In this document: piece after piece, positions 22,651 to 34,799 of the stretch | How positions within the stretch are numbered: position 1 is the first letter of the stretch | Layout: each line of letters starts with the position of its first letter | NCBI GenBank assembly: GCA_023920165.1 | Contig: CP089276.1 | Location: forward strand, 2,294,001-2,358,000 | Source: Curvularia clavata | Lineage: Eukaryota | Reading direction: 5' to 3' | DNA length: 64,000 bases | Made by a program: the position numbers and the translations under genes | The notes under the pieces: generated by a model | Database searches by the model: none | What the model was told of the DNA's origin: nothing | Seen by the model: only the letters and a program-made list of their open reading frames with translations

Positions 22651-24660
22651 CTACCCCCTCCAAACCAACCAGACATACCATACGCCCCCGCACAGCACTA
22701 CTCTTCCCAAACTACTCTTAACCTCGTACCAAAAAAGACCTAGACCACTTCTCTTCCTACCCGCCTGCCTCACCGTCTTCGTACTTACGCCCGAATAATC
22801 GGCTGCCGCTTTCGCTCTGTCATGCTCCAGCACATTACTTCTAGTTTGAGCGCGGGTAGAGCGGACAGAAGGATTGTTGGCGCTGCGTTCGGACGAGGTG
22901 GAGGAATGCGACGAGTGCGATTCGTAAGTGCTGTTGCTTACATATTGGGCGTGGGATTTTTCGTGTTCGGCTGAGGACATTGGAGTTGAGGTGATTGGTA
23001 GGAGAGGTGTGTCTGTGGTTTCGGAGGTAGCCGGAGAAAGGATACCGCTGGTGATTAGAGCAGCGCGGAGGATGAGGAGGAGCAAAGTGAGGCCGAAGAG
23101 GATGCCATAGTTTATAAACGTGCCGATTTGATCAGGGAGGATGCAGAGTTTTGTTTGGACTGTTTTGCTTGCATCACCGCTTTTTGGGTTGCCGTGCACG
23201 TCCACGGGGTTCCAGAGACTGAGCATTACGACGCCCGGGAGACGGACGCCCATTGCCCAGCTGATGCTCTTGACGGTAATTTCTCTGATTCCACCGCCGG
23301 CACTCGCATATGCCCTGTGGACTACCTCGCAGTAGTCATGGTCGTCGCCCGAAAAAGCATATCGTATATCTCCCACTTTCTCGGCAATATCGGCTGTGAT
23401 CTCGCGATTGAGCACATTCTGGTATTGGTATCCGCCACGCACGGCAATAGCATTACGGTCATCGTGTTCCAGAGGCGGCTGTCCAGGTGGAGGAGGGGTC
23501 GGAGGCCAATGCTCACGAAGAGGACCACATGGCGTCCCTGGTGGTCGGTAGAGCGGGACGTGTGAGAGGAGAATTGTCGGAAACTCTGTCACCTCGTCGT
23601 CCGCATGGGGAAGCTGAGACTTTGCTAGGTCCTCCTGTTTGATCTCGCTGTGAGACATTCGTGGGTATGGCCTCAGACCCTGCTGATTACGTAGTTCGCG
23701 CTGCACAAGCCGTCTCTTCCGTTTCTTCGCATCATCAAGAAAATCTTTCGTAGGTCGCCAGATGTTTTCAACCTGCTGCGGGGAATCCTGACCCAGCGCA
23801 CTCAGCGATACGCTGTCGATGGAGACAAAAGTGTGGTTTGCAATGACATCGATCCGGTTCCCATCGCCAAAATAGGCATTGAAACGGTTTCTGACCCCAA
23901 TCTGAACACCCTTTGCGAATCCCAGGTCGTGATTACCGGGTAGACTGCTGATTAGCTTTCTCCCTGATTGTCCAGGCCGCGCGTCCATGCCTCCATCGCC
24001 CCAGTGTTTGAAAAACAGGTCACTGAAACGCATGTACTCCTTCTGCCAAAAGTCATTTCCATATTTCCGGTATTGCTCCTCAGGTGAGGTTGTCGTGCGT
24101 GTTGACCACTCACGGCCGCCGTCAAAGAGGTCGCCGAGGAAGAAGATGGTATCGGGATACAGGGTGGTTTGGAAGCGCGAATATGTCCTCCGTAGATACA
24201 GATCTGTGTACTTGTAGGCCAGTGGATTTAGAGGCCATGGGCGGCCAGGATACGTGTGCGGGTCAATGAGCTGCGGGTCGGCGACGAAGATGAGTCTGTG
24301 AGGGTTTGCACCAGCTTCCTGCATGCCTCTGTTAGTCTTGCGCATCTGCTATCCATCCATTGCGCTGCATCATACCCAGTTCTCCCACTTGTCCCAATGG
24401 CAGCTGTCTACAGCGCTGTTGAATACGCCTCGTTCGCCCCAGTACAGGACAACCCACCATACTACGACCAGCGCATTCGCAAGTGTGGCAAGCTGTCGGA
24501 GACTCCAATTCGAGTTCCGCAAGGCATTCCTCCTCTCCTGCACGGCAGGTCGTATCCGGTACAAGAAGAATGCTCTCGCGAGTCTCCAGGCTTGGTATGT
24601 TAAACTCTCTGGCTCAGAGTATGCGCCGACGGGAACGCCATACTCGTCGTATGTTGTCAT
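22651..24660 (-). CDS. CDC1: Cdc1-type Mn-dependent metallophosphoesterase (GPI remodelling), membrane anchored
   Basis: Intron 24375-24319. N-terminal TM, then VADPQLIDPHTYPGR, FLGDLFDGGREW, LPGNHDLG, LLSHVPLYR, FSGDDHDYC, EITVKSISWAMG and C-terminal TMs. Confidence 0.88.
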
Positions 24661-24993
24661 GGTCTGTTGGAAAAGAAGGGAAATGACCGGCGCAGCATTT
24701 TGGGGTTCAAAAGGTCATGTGTGAAGGAGGCTAAACGCTGGTCGTCATTGTGCTGGGGACTTGTTCTAGGGGCAAGAGGTGTGGCATTCGTGGTCTGGGG
24801 AAATTGCGGCCAGGGTCCAGGGACCAGCTCGCGGTTCGAGGGGCTCGCCATGCGTGCGCCTTGTGGGCTAATCTTCACAACCTATGCACACATTACAGCA
24901 TACTGACTAAAGCACACCACTTTCAAAACGGTTATGAACAGGCAAATGATATCATTTCACAACAGGCTATAAGTACAGACAACAATGCAAGCT

Positions 24994-27124
24994 CTAGTAT
25001 TCTAGAGTGACCTTTTGACCCTTGACCCTTCCAATTACAATTTCAGGTGCATACTTGGGAATGACCTCGTCGTCGTGCAGCATCTCGAACTCCTCTGACG
25101 CGTCCTTGCCCATGTGGCTGAAGAGCGCCTGGGGACCACCTGGGTGCTCGTCTGTCCAGTTGGTGACGTCCATGACGATACCCTTGACGGCAATCCACAG
25201 GTCATCCTTCTTGTTGTGCTTGGCAACCTCCTCCAGAGTGAACTCCTTGTCGGGGATGGTGAACTTCTGAGGCGCGTTGGGCTTGGAAACCTTGCCAGGG
25301 TCACTTGAGTCGGCCTTGCTGGACATGACTGGGGCAGCAGACGCCTGCTTCTGTTGTGCAACGGGGTCTGCCGAGCTGACAGCAGGCTGGGAGCCGCTGG
25401 CGCCGTTACCCCACTCCACTGAGACCTTTCCGGGCTGCGATGGGTCAATGTGGAGCGAGATTTGGCCGAGACGAGATACTGCAGCACCGCCGGCCTTGTT
25501 GAGTGCCTGCTGGAACAGGTACTTGGACGCAGACTCTCCAGCCACGCGACCATAGACAACGCAACCGAGGAGCGAGGAGCCACCAAGACGGTTGGCACCG
25601 TGGACACCACCAGCAAGCTCACCACAGACGTACAAGCCCTCGAATGGCTCGCCGTTGGAGTTCAAGCACTGCGCCTGGTCGTTGATCTCGATACCACCCA
25701 TGGTGAAGTGGAGCACAGGCTCCATCTGGGCAACGTGGAAGGTGTCGTTGATGTCAAAGGGCATGTTGTGGAAGTACTTCTTGTTCCACTCATCCTTCTT
25801 CTCGCCCTTGGCAATGGCGTTGTAGCTCTGGAACTCGGCCTGGAGCTCCTTCTCGCTCACGCCAATCTCCTTGGCAAGCTCCTTGCCGGACATCTTCTTC
25901 ATCAGGCCACGGCCTGAGTAATGCCTGGTGTGGAAGTCGAGGACGTTGGATGCTTTTGAGTTGAGCACGAGGCGGATGGGCCAGTTGCCCTTGTCCTTCT
26001 CGCCCCACATCATGCCGGAAACGTAGTCACGGTGGCCAAGGTCGTCGCAGAAGCGCTTGCCCTTGTTGTTGAGGAGGATACCGCCCTCACCACGGAGAGC
26101 TAGACATGTCAGAAGATGATAATGAAGTTTAGTAGCTCATGTACGTACCTTCAGCAGCCAAAAACTTGGTCTTGGCCGTAGGGTCCTTGGGGTCAACGAG
26201 ACCAGTGGGGTGAACCTGGACCTTGTCCATGTCGATGCCGTTGGCACCAATCTTCATGAGCATCTTGTGTCCGTCACCGGTGGCGTGAGCGCCGTTGGTG
26301 GTGGACAGGTCGTAGGTGTCTGGCCTCCACTTCTTCAGAAGAGAGTCTTCTGTGAAGTCGGCGGCGTAACCACCAGTGGCCAGGACGACGGGGCCCTCAA
26401 TCGTTGTCTCCTCGCCGTTGAAGGTGTATGTGACACCGGTGGCGCGGTTGCCCTCGGTGTTGACCTTGGTGACCTTGGCCTTCTTGACGAGCTGGACGCG
26501 CTCGGGCTCCGCCTCGGCGAGCTCCTCGAATCGCTGCATGAGAGCGTATGTAATGGCCATACCGGGGAACTTGGCATCGTGGCCACGGTGGGTTCGAGGC
26601 TGCGAGTGACCGCTGCGAGGTCTGTCAGTATGCGCTGCCATGGTCGGCTATGACAGGAAAACTCACCCCAAGCGCGAAACGAGAGTCAGGTCGAGGTTGA
26701 AGACGTCCATCAGCCACTCGACGGCGGCAGCCGACTTGTAAGTAAGGACCTTGATCAGGTCTGGGCGCGCCTTGTCGCGCGCCGACTTGAGTGTGTCATC
26801 GTAGAACTGCTTGACGCTGTCGGGAATGCCGGCATCCACCTGTGTCCTGGTGAGAGCACCGTTGATTCCGGATGTGGCCTTGGTGGAGTTGCCTCCCATG
26901 AAGTCTGCGGCGAATCAGTCTATGCGCGCGTGGGGTATCCAAGGCAAAAGACTCACTGTTCTTGTCGAGGAGGACAACATTGCCTCCAGCAAGGTAGATG
27001 GTGTGAGCAGCGCTCAAGCCGGACACTATAGGCGTTGTCAGTCATGCGCATGATGGGGGGCGTGATGCAGCGGCGAAGATGATTACTTACAGCCAGCACC
27101 GACAACAATGACTCTCTCAGGCAT
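24994..27124 (-). CDS. Soluble FAD-dependent fumarate reductase (Osm1/Frd1-like) with C-terminal cytochrome b5 domain
   Basis: Introns 27090-27026, 26956-26905, 26666-26613 and 26148-26100. Motifs MPERVIVVGAGLSGLSAA, GGNSTKATSGING, VQVHPTG, HFTMGG, GVHGANRLGGSSLL and b5 motif EHPGG. Confidence 0.93.
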
Positions 27125-28400
27125 GATGATGGAATGCAGATACAAAACAAGGGGAAAAAACAGAAGATGAGTGAGAGTCTGGAGAGCAAGAGGAAAAGTC
27201 TGGGGGACCGGCTTCTGCTTTGTACGCAAGCAACTTGTGCCTCGGAAGTGGAGAAGACGCTAACCCGCATGTCTCGCCCCGGTCGGCGGCGGGCGAGGCC
27301 AATCAGGCGGCGCGTGTTTGTAGGGCCAAAGCGCGAGCCTCACGCATCGCAAGCAACCTGGCGTCATCTATTTCCCAGCCGACGTCTGACCACTTGTGCC
27401 TGTTGCATGTGAAGACAGCGCTGCATCGTGGGAGTCGCCCGCATGACAGATCTCCACGCCGTGTGGTTGGTGGGCTGCGCCCGGCGCAGTGCAGCGTACC
27501 CAGCGGACGGACGGCCGAGGAACTGGGGCTTGCAGGCGGAAACCTGGGGCAAGTCACGCGTGGGAGACGTCTTTGGCATGTGAAGGCTTGGGCGTGCCAC
27601 ACATGCAACGCGAGAACCATGTCTAGCCTCATACCCTTCGGACATTAGACAAAATACAGCCCGTCTCTACGTGCTTCAATGGCTTCAAGGCGTTGCTTTT
27701 CGTTGTTGCATGGCTGTGAATCTCACGATGCTGCTTTGGGTAACTGGCCGCGAGAGCATCAAAGCCCGATCGGCTTTTGCTCGTACTCAGGACCAACCAG
27801 CGGGCAAAATTGCCGTCTGAAGAGTTCGAGGCCACAGTCGTGTCATTAGACTTTGTCCTATACCGACTTTTCTTTCGTCTTGTCCTGGTTGCTATGGGTT
27901 GTGTTCCTGCATCGGGGTAGCTGATATAGGCTATATGCTTCTCGGGACAACTCGTGCCGAAAGCGTGGTACAAAGTCAACCAGAATGCATTCATCAACTA
28001 TGCGAGGCGACGGCTCTGGGTGATAATCCGTAACTAAATCCACTGGTTGCCAGCAATTCCTCAGTGAAGAACGAACATTTATTACCGAATCATCCGCCAG
28101 AGTCGGGGTATCGCAATGGATGAACGGATGGCCTGAGTCAAGTTACTCATCACTCCAGCAATATATCCAGGGACGCGAATATTTCCAATATAAAATTCTA
28201 GATTCCCTTATTGTGTACTGACTACCAGAGCGCGCCAATGCCAGCATTGCATATTTGCCCGACTTCATATCATTGGCGTCATACATTTGCCTCGCGCGGA
28301 TATTGCAGGAATCGGCAACTCAACGCCCCTCTTGGTCTCGACGGCAAGTAAGACAACTTGTCCATCCGACTCTCTGCATGCCACCCACTGCTATCCTCGC

Positions 28401-29350
28401 TCAATGGCACGCGACCGACTTGGTGGATGAAGACTGGCTGAACATGAGGTATCCGACGAACGCACCAACTGCCACTGCCAGCATGATCCAGCCATTGTAT
28501 GTCATGAAAAGCAGCCTGTAACTAATCAGTGCAAACCTCCTCGTCTCAGCCAGCAAACTTACATGATGAAAAAGGAGTAAAAGACCTGGACAGCATACAG
28601 GACGGCCTTGATAATCTTCATCTGCTGTTCGGTGCTACGCCCAAGACTTCCATTTCTCCCTGGGCCAAGTAATGAGCTCGATTCGTTTGTTTGACCGTCG
28701 TCTTTTGGTGGCGCGTAGATGCCTCAGCGAGTGTTTCTCAACTCAAGGGAGGGAAAGAGACGGAGAATAGGGGAAAAAAGGTAGGCAGGTAGAAGGAGAA
28801 CATGGAATATAGGTAGGCAGGAACCGAAGAAGAGTGATGTCCCCTATTCTTCCAACTCCCTACCTACAGTCACAAAATTCATATCCCTTCCAAATCACCA
28901 TTTCAAGTTTGATTATTCAAAGAAAAGACGTCAAACTCACCTCTCGGGCTCTCCAAAACCCCCTTCGCATACCCCTCGTACCGCCTCGATATCTCCCTAA
29001 CCGCCTCATACCCAGCTGTGAGCAGCACAACCGCCAGCAGCGAGAAAATAAGCGACCCCGTGCCTGAGATATGCCAAGAGGGGAAAACAATGCAGAGGTC
29101 CGTTGTGTCCCAGGTAAACAGCATCTATTCAATCTTTGAATTAACCAGGGGTTCAATATGTTTGCAGGCTGGCAAGAGGTAGCCAAGCAGCATGTAGATT
29201 CATGCCAGTTTGGATGGGTGAATTTGGGGTCCATACATTCATGTTACATTTTGGACCGCTGCCGCCCATGCCAGGCATGTCGTGGTCCATGTGTCCGTGG
29301 TCCATATGACCGTGGTCCATATGACCGTGATCCATGTGCGAGTGGTCCAT
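28401..29350 (-). CDS. CTR2: Ctr2-type (vacuolar/low-affinity) copper transporter
   Basis: Introns 29236-29125, 28940-28702 and 28562-28516. His/Met-rich N-terminus, CNMNMLFTWDTTDLCIVF, MLLFMTYNG (MxxxM), GAFVG (GxxxG) and C-terminal ACH. Confidence 0.92.
29282..29350 (-). repeat. 15-bp coding repeat encoding (MDHGH)-type metal-binding pentapeptides
   Basis: Encodes MDHSH-MDHGH-MDHGH-MDHGH-MDH at the CTR2 N-terminus. Confidence 0.9.
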
Positions 29351-29746
29351 AGCGAGCGGTGTCTATGAGCTTATCCGTAAAAAGAGCTGTCTAGGGTGTC
29401 TTCGTTCTACGAGAGAGAAAGAGGGAGGGAGAGTTACGTTCGCAGGAAAGACGCCGAAGCTAGGTTGTGCTGACTTGTCACGAGACGTGTCGTGTAGGGT
29501 CCTAGGTATGGCGTTCGCGTCGCACCAGTGATGAGATGCACGAGCCCGCGATAATGCGGGGCGCAGCGCGGCGATAAGCACCCCACCCATGCCGCGAACT
29601 CTCTATTACACTAAGACCTTGGGCTTCTTCGACTTGCTCTTGGATCCCACGAAGTGCTTACGGGAGGTCCACGGCATCGCCGGATTCCAAGAGAAAAGAG
29701 AAAAAAAGGTTTTGCACTTGCTGAGTACAAAAGCGCAGTGGTCACG

Positions 29747-30468
29747 ATGGTTGCGCTGCGAGCTTCACGACCTGCCTCTGGGCTCATCCAGAGCGCGTTG
29801 CGACGACCCGCGTCAAGCATACTCTGTACCCGTTCACAGCGCTACTTTTCACATTCAAGACCAAGGATGTTGCTAGGTCCACCACTCAACATTCCGAAAT
29901 GGTCCGTATACCTGTCCACAACATCCCAATTCCTACAACACTTACTAAGCAATCATCTTACAGGGTCGCCGAGAATTCGCACATGCTCAAACCGCCCATT
30001 AACAATTACTGCGTCTACAACGACTCGGTAACGGTAATGATTGTCGGCGGGCCGAACGAACGCACAGATTACCACATCAACGAGACTGCAGAATGGTTCT
30101 ACCAACACAAAGGCTCCATGCTGCTCAAAGTCGTTGATCAATCCCTCCCAGAAGGCCAGCAGTTCAAAGACATTCACATCCACGAGGGCGACATGTTCCT
30201 GCTACCACCGAATACACCGCACAATCCTGTAAGGTTCAAGGACACGGTGGGGATTGTTCTGGAGCAGAAGAGGCCCGATGGGAGTCTGGATCGGTTGCGC
30301 TGGTATTGCCAAAATTGCGGAGAAAAGGTGCACGAGGCAGCGTTTCATTGCACGGATCTGGGGACGCAAATCAAAGACGCAGTCAATGCGTTCAAGGCGG
30401 ACATGGACAAGAGGAAGTGTAAGAACTGTGGGACCATTTGTGACACTGCGCCACCGCCCAAGGCTTGA
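29747..30468 (+). CDS. BNA1: 3-hydroxyanthranilate 3,4-dioxygenase (canonical start 29867; upstream in-frame start 29747)
   Basis: Intron 29902-29963. [63 protein letters not shown] and rubredoxin-like CQNC/CKNC. Confidence 0.95.
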
Positions 30469-30547
30469 AAAGCGAGATGCGGAAACGGCAGACAGTGCAT
30501 GTAAATTATGTATCATAAGTATGAAGAGGCATATTTAGCAATGGAGG

Positions 30548-32705
30548 CTATAGCCCCTTCCACATAATCTTCGAGATGTGGTCCGTCTTCTTCCGGCTCG
30601 GCTTGACCAGGCCCAAGTATCTGAGTTCGGCCAGTGCTCGTTGAAAGAGCGCCCTGGAAATGGATTAGCATTTCTGCGAAAAAGAAAAAAAAAGAAAAAA
30701 CGCGGGAATCAAAACTCACATGGTCTTGGGTTCATTCTCTTCAACCCCATCACCCGCAATCGCATTAAAGGCTGACCACAGATCGCTCACGTTGATCAAG
30801 GTACCTGATTCAAGGTACATCTGATACACAATAGCAGTCGCGGGCTGCGTCGCCGAAAGAGCAGTTGGATTGCCATCTACGCCGCTGCAGCACTCGCAAC
30901 CCAAGTAGTCATGAGGAGAAGCCAGCGCACGCTCTACAGCGAAGCGAGGCTTGGGTTGGAAGACTTCGGTATGGGGTGACTTGAGGTCGTACATCAGGAT
31001 CTCGGAAAGAAACAGCCCTTTGGGGTCGATGAATGCAGCAGTGAAGTATGCTTCGAGCTCGTCGTGGAACTGCGTGACTAGGTCAGAGTAGGCCTTGTCC
31101 TGTTCAGACAACGCTGCCTTGTGCTTGCTCAGGAGCACCTTTTGTGCAACGACAGTTGTGCGGAGACTGTCGCTGCGAACATCGTGCTGAGTGCGGAGAG
31201 GAGCATCGGTGTTTTGTACCAAGCTCTGCAGCTTCTGCTCAGAAGAAGCAATGTCTACCGAGAAGTACTGGCCCACAAGATCCTTTAGTGATGCAAGCAA
31301 ATTCACTAGCTTGTCTGATGGAATCTTCTTGATGGACAACATCGTCTCGCGAACAAGAGGTGATCCGGCCAGCTCACCAGCTGCTGCGCGGGTCCAGAGA
31401 GACGAAAGCCGCACGTTGGGCGACATTTGCAATGATTCTCGTATGTTCGCAATGACCTTGGTAGCGTGGCTCATTGTAGTCATGACTTGTTGGCCAGATC
31501 GTATGTGCTGAGTGATTTCACTGAAGAGGTGATCGTTGTCTTCAAGCATCCTACGCACCTCCTGTGTGTTGCCTTTGTCCAGCATATCTTCTACGCGATG
31601 GCGGAAAGACGGTAGATTCCGTACAGCCTCGAATGCATCTTCTGTCAGGCTGCCAAAAGCGATATCACAGCCGAGGAATATACTAGGCACATTGGCGTAG
31701 AAGTGCGACATGTAGGCATACTTGAGACCATCACAGAAGTCTTGCGTATTCTGTACGTGATCTTTTTGTCGATCAAGCATGCGACGGCAGATGTTGGGTC
31801 CAATGTGCAGACCAACGTCTCTGCTAGCAACCGTTGCATGGAAAAGCTTCTCGATGATCTCGTCCGACTGGGTAACATCAAACTTTTTTCCCTCGAGATA
31901 ACGTAACGAGTTGCCTGATAAGCGCTCCTCGAAGCTCTCTGCTGATGTCGCAATTCCAAAGAGCAGAACAAAGGGAAGGCGATCTAGCCACGAGCTGAAA
32001 TGATTAGCACGAGTCGTGAAGGCACATTTTCTACTCACTGAAGGAGGTCAATTGTGTCAACGAGTAATCCAACATCGAAAGCTTCGCTATCCTGCAAAGC
32101 AACTACAATCCTAGAGGCTCGTGTCTTCTTATGCCATTCGTGGACATGGCCGAGGTCATAATTCAGAAGCTTTGGACCATATCTGGAAGCAGACGGCCGA
32201 TTCGCATCCTCTTCATCATCATCTTCAACGCGCAACGTCACTTTCTTAATGAGATTCTTCAGCAGCGTCTTCAGATTGGGGCATTCACTCGAGGTCAGGA
32301 CAACGTAGGCGCTGTTTTCATCCCTGACCCGTCTGCCAAGACGCTCAAAGAAGGGCCCGTGAGATGCAATACTTGGCCCTGCAACAATGAGCGCTGTCGG
32401 TATAGCAAACTTGGGCTCATCTGGAGATGAACTTGCGGTGGTGATGAATTGAACAATCTTCTCTTGGGTTGCGCTGTCAGCACCCTCGAGTGTGCTCTAG
32501 TGTTGCTGTTAGATGAATTGGCGAGAAGTAGTGGGGGCTTTGGTCTTACTTGGATGCGCTCCTCCTGTTGTGCCCACAGGCTTCGGTACGTTGTTAGTCG
32601 CTCTGGCAACTGCGCCTTAGGGTCGAATTTGCTTGTCCGTTGCCGCTTCGGCGCCCGGTCCATCGTCGGCGGAGGCTCGTAGACATAGCATCTTTGGTGC
32701 TCCAT
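30548..32705 (-). CDS. ORC3: Origin recognition complex subunit 3
   Basis: Introns 32549-32497, 32038-31995 and 30719-30654. Motifs LQDSEAFD, LPFVLLFGIATS, KYAYMSHFYAN, PRFAVERALASPHDYLGCECC and winged-helix end FQRALAELRYLGLVKPSRKKTDH. Confidence 0.92.
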
Positions 32706-32780
32706 GCTGTTCAGTTGCAGCCGCAGAGATCTCGACTCGTTGATATCGTTGACAAAGAATGGCTAGGGGCTAAGTTTTGA

Positions 32781-32836
32781 GGCGCGACAGTCGCGAAGCG
32801 CGTGAGCACGGGACTTGGTGAACGGTCAAAGCGCGT
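32781..32836. promoter_or_regulatory. Cluster of four CGCG (MCB-core-like) motifs upstream of ORC3
   Basis: GGCGCGA, TCGCGA, GCGCGT and GCGCGT lie 75-130 bp upstream of the ORC3 ATG. Confidence 0.35.
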
Positions 32837-32995
32837 GAACATCACTTTGCGAGCAAGACGATATGCCAATCAGAAAACATCCATGATCGGTTCGCAGTGG
32901 GCTGCAAAATGTATGCGCTGTGCCCGAATTCCTAGCAAATGCCATATGGCGGTAGACCGCATCACGTGATTGATATACAGAATGCAAAAACAAAA

Positions 32996-33114
32996 ACATA
33001 CGACAGTGGGGATTCGCCAGTGGTCACCCACCTGACTACTAGTCCACCGGTCTCGAGCTTAAGTATGATTGATCGAACGGGGAATCCTGCTTCCTCGAGC
33101 CTATGGTCGTATGT
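32996..33114 (-). rRNA. Dispersed 5S rRNA gene (119 nt)
   Basis: Minus strand ACATACGACCATAGG...CTTAAGC...TAGTAGTCAGGTGGGTGACCACTGGCGAATCCCCACTGTCGTATGT. Terminal helix I pairs, and a T-run Pol III terminator follows. Confidence 0.96.
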
Positions 33115-33822
33115 ACCATGTGGATAAAGAATAGGCCCTCATGAAGCCGGATAGCATTGAGCGGGAAGAAGTGCACGTGACTTTTCACGTGACGTCTAGG
33201 TCCATAAGGACAATCAAAATAAGATTTCTATATTTTGTTTTGTAGACAAGTACGGTGATAGAGGGATAAGATATTATGGCTTTGCTTTGCTACTTTGATC
33301 ATGCGGAGGGCGCCTGCAGCGGCCACTTAGGTCTGCTTGGTGCCTTGTACCATTATATTTGCTAAAGCCAGGCAGGCGGTAGCCTCATTCAAGACTCTGC
33401 TCCAACTAGAAGAAACATCATCCTTTATTGCTTTGCACTGAGTCCACAGGTAGTCTCTCGAAGTGATGTTGGGCATAACACTAGGCTGGGTCCGACTTGG
33501 TGTCAATTGGATCGCGACAAGGTCTGGCTTAGCAGTAGGAGGGTTGTCGGGAAATCCGCCTCTACAGGTCTCTCGGTCGGTAGACCATCGCGGAAGGTTA
33601 GGTACTGTCACCAACTTTGGCATGCATGGGGAGGGATACACGACGCATACTTTCCTCACGGCATCTTCGTAACTATACTTAGACTCTTTGTGACACCATA
33701 TTGGCGTAAGGGGATGCTCTCCTGTTATCGCATTACGTCACCAACAGGCAAGGCATGATACCGTCTATTTTCATGCGTTGTGCGGAGGGTTGAAGGGGGG
33801 AAGCGGGACGCGAAAACTCTCC

Positions 33823-34799
33823 TCAGTCGTGGTCCTCTTCGGTCACACCAGGACAGCCCTCCATCGCTGCGTCTGAATACTCATATCCACAATAAAGACA
33901 GTAGTGGTACTTCTCGCGAAGGAAAACCAAGAGCTTCTGGAGACGCTCTGACACGGGCAACGCCTCAAACTCGGCAAGTTCCGGATCTTCGTCTTCCAGC
34001 TCGTTTTCTAGAGTGGTGTAAAAGGGCGCTAGATCCCGGCCCTGGGCGATCTTGGAGTCGTCATCGTCGTCTTCTTGCGCTAGGGCTGGCAATCGTGATG
34101 CAAGGCTGTTGTTTAACTCTCGCTGTTGCTGCTTGTCGCGCTTTGCCTCGACTCTTCTTCGTGCTCGAGCCCGCCAAAGCACGTTAATGTCCTGGAGCGG
34201 CTTCTCGCTCGTCTCGGCGGCACCCTCTGCCTCAGCCTCCCGATCGGCAAGCCGCTCAGCTGTCCTCTGCGCGTTGTCCAAATCGCGTTGGGCCTTTTTC
34301 TCCTTCTGCTCCTGTCGCATCACTTCAAGGTAGTCGCCCTCTTCCTCTTTTGCACGTTTCGCCAATCGGTCTGCCTCCTCGAACTGTTCTCTAAACTTGC
34401 GCTTCTTTTCCGATTCGAGTCCAATTCCGCCTTTGTCCTCCTTGACACTGACTCTGATTGGCTCTTTGCGCGCGTCTTGCGATTTTCCCAAAGCATCACC
34501 TTGCTTAAAACCAAACTTGGCCATCATCTTGAATCCCTTATTCGATTCTGGAAGAGCCGTGGCGAGGGCAGCTTCTCGGGCGGCTTCCGCATCCGCTTCA
34601 CGTTCGGCCTTTGTCTTTTGTCGCGCTCTAGCTTCGCCCTGTTAGCCCATTAGTCTGGGGTCGCTGTGTTGGCAGAATCATGACGCACCTCTTTCCGCTT
34701 GCGCGCGGCACGCTGCAGCGACGTTTCATACTTGGGGCCCTTTGGCGCATCGTCGAACACCATGTTCATGTAGTCATCTTCGTCGTCTGATTGCGCCAT
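33823..34799 (-). CDS. G-patch domain protein with C-terminal DUF4187-type Cys motif (GPATCH11/Cmg1-like)
   Basis: Intron 34688-34639. MAQSDDEDDYMNM, G-patch SNKGFKMMAKFGFKQGDALGK..KEDKGGIG, and FLREKYHYCLYCG..CPGVTEEDHD. Confidence 0.88.

Noticed and set aside
21456..26653. Long antisense or alternative-frame ORFs over ALA1 and the fumarate reductase (likewise over MYO1 and SIN3)
   Set aside because: Shadow ORFs produced by strong C/G third-position codon bias.
33327..33659. 110-aa ORF between the 5S gene and the G-patch gene
   Set aside because: No recognisable motif; probably 3' flank of the G-patch gene.
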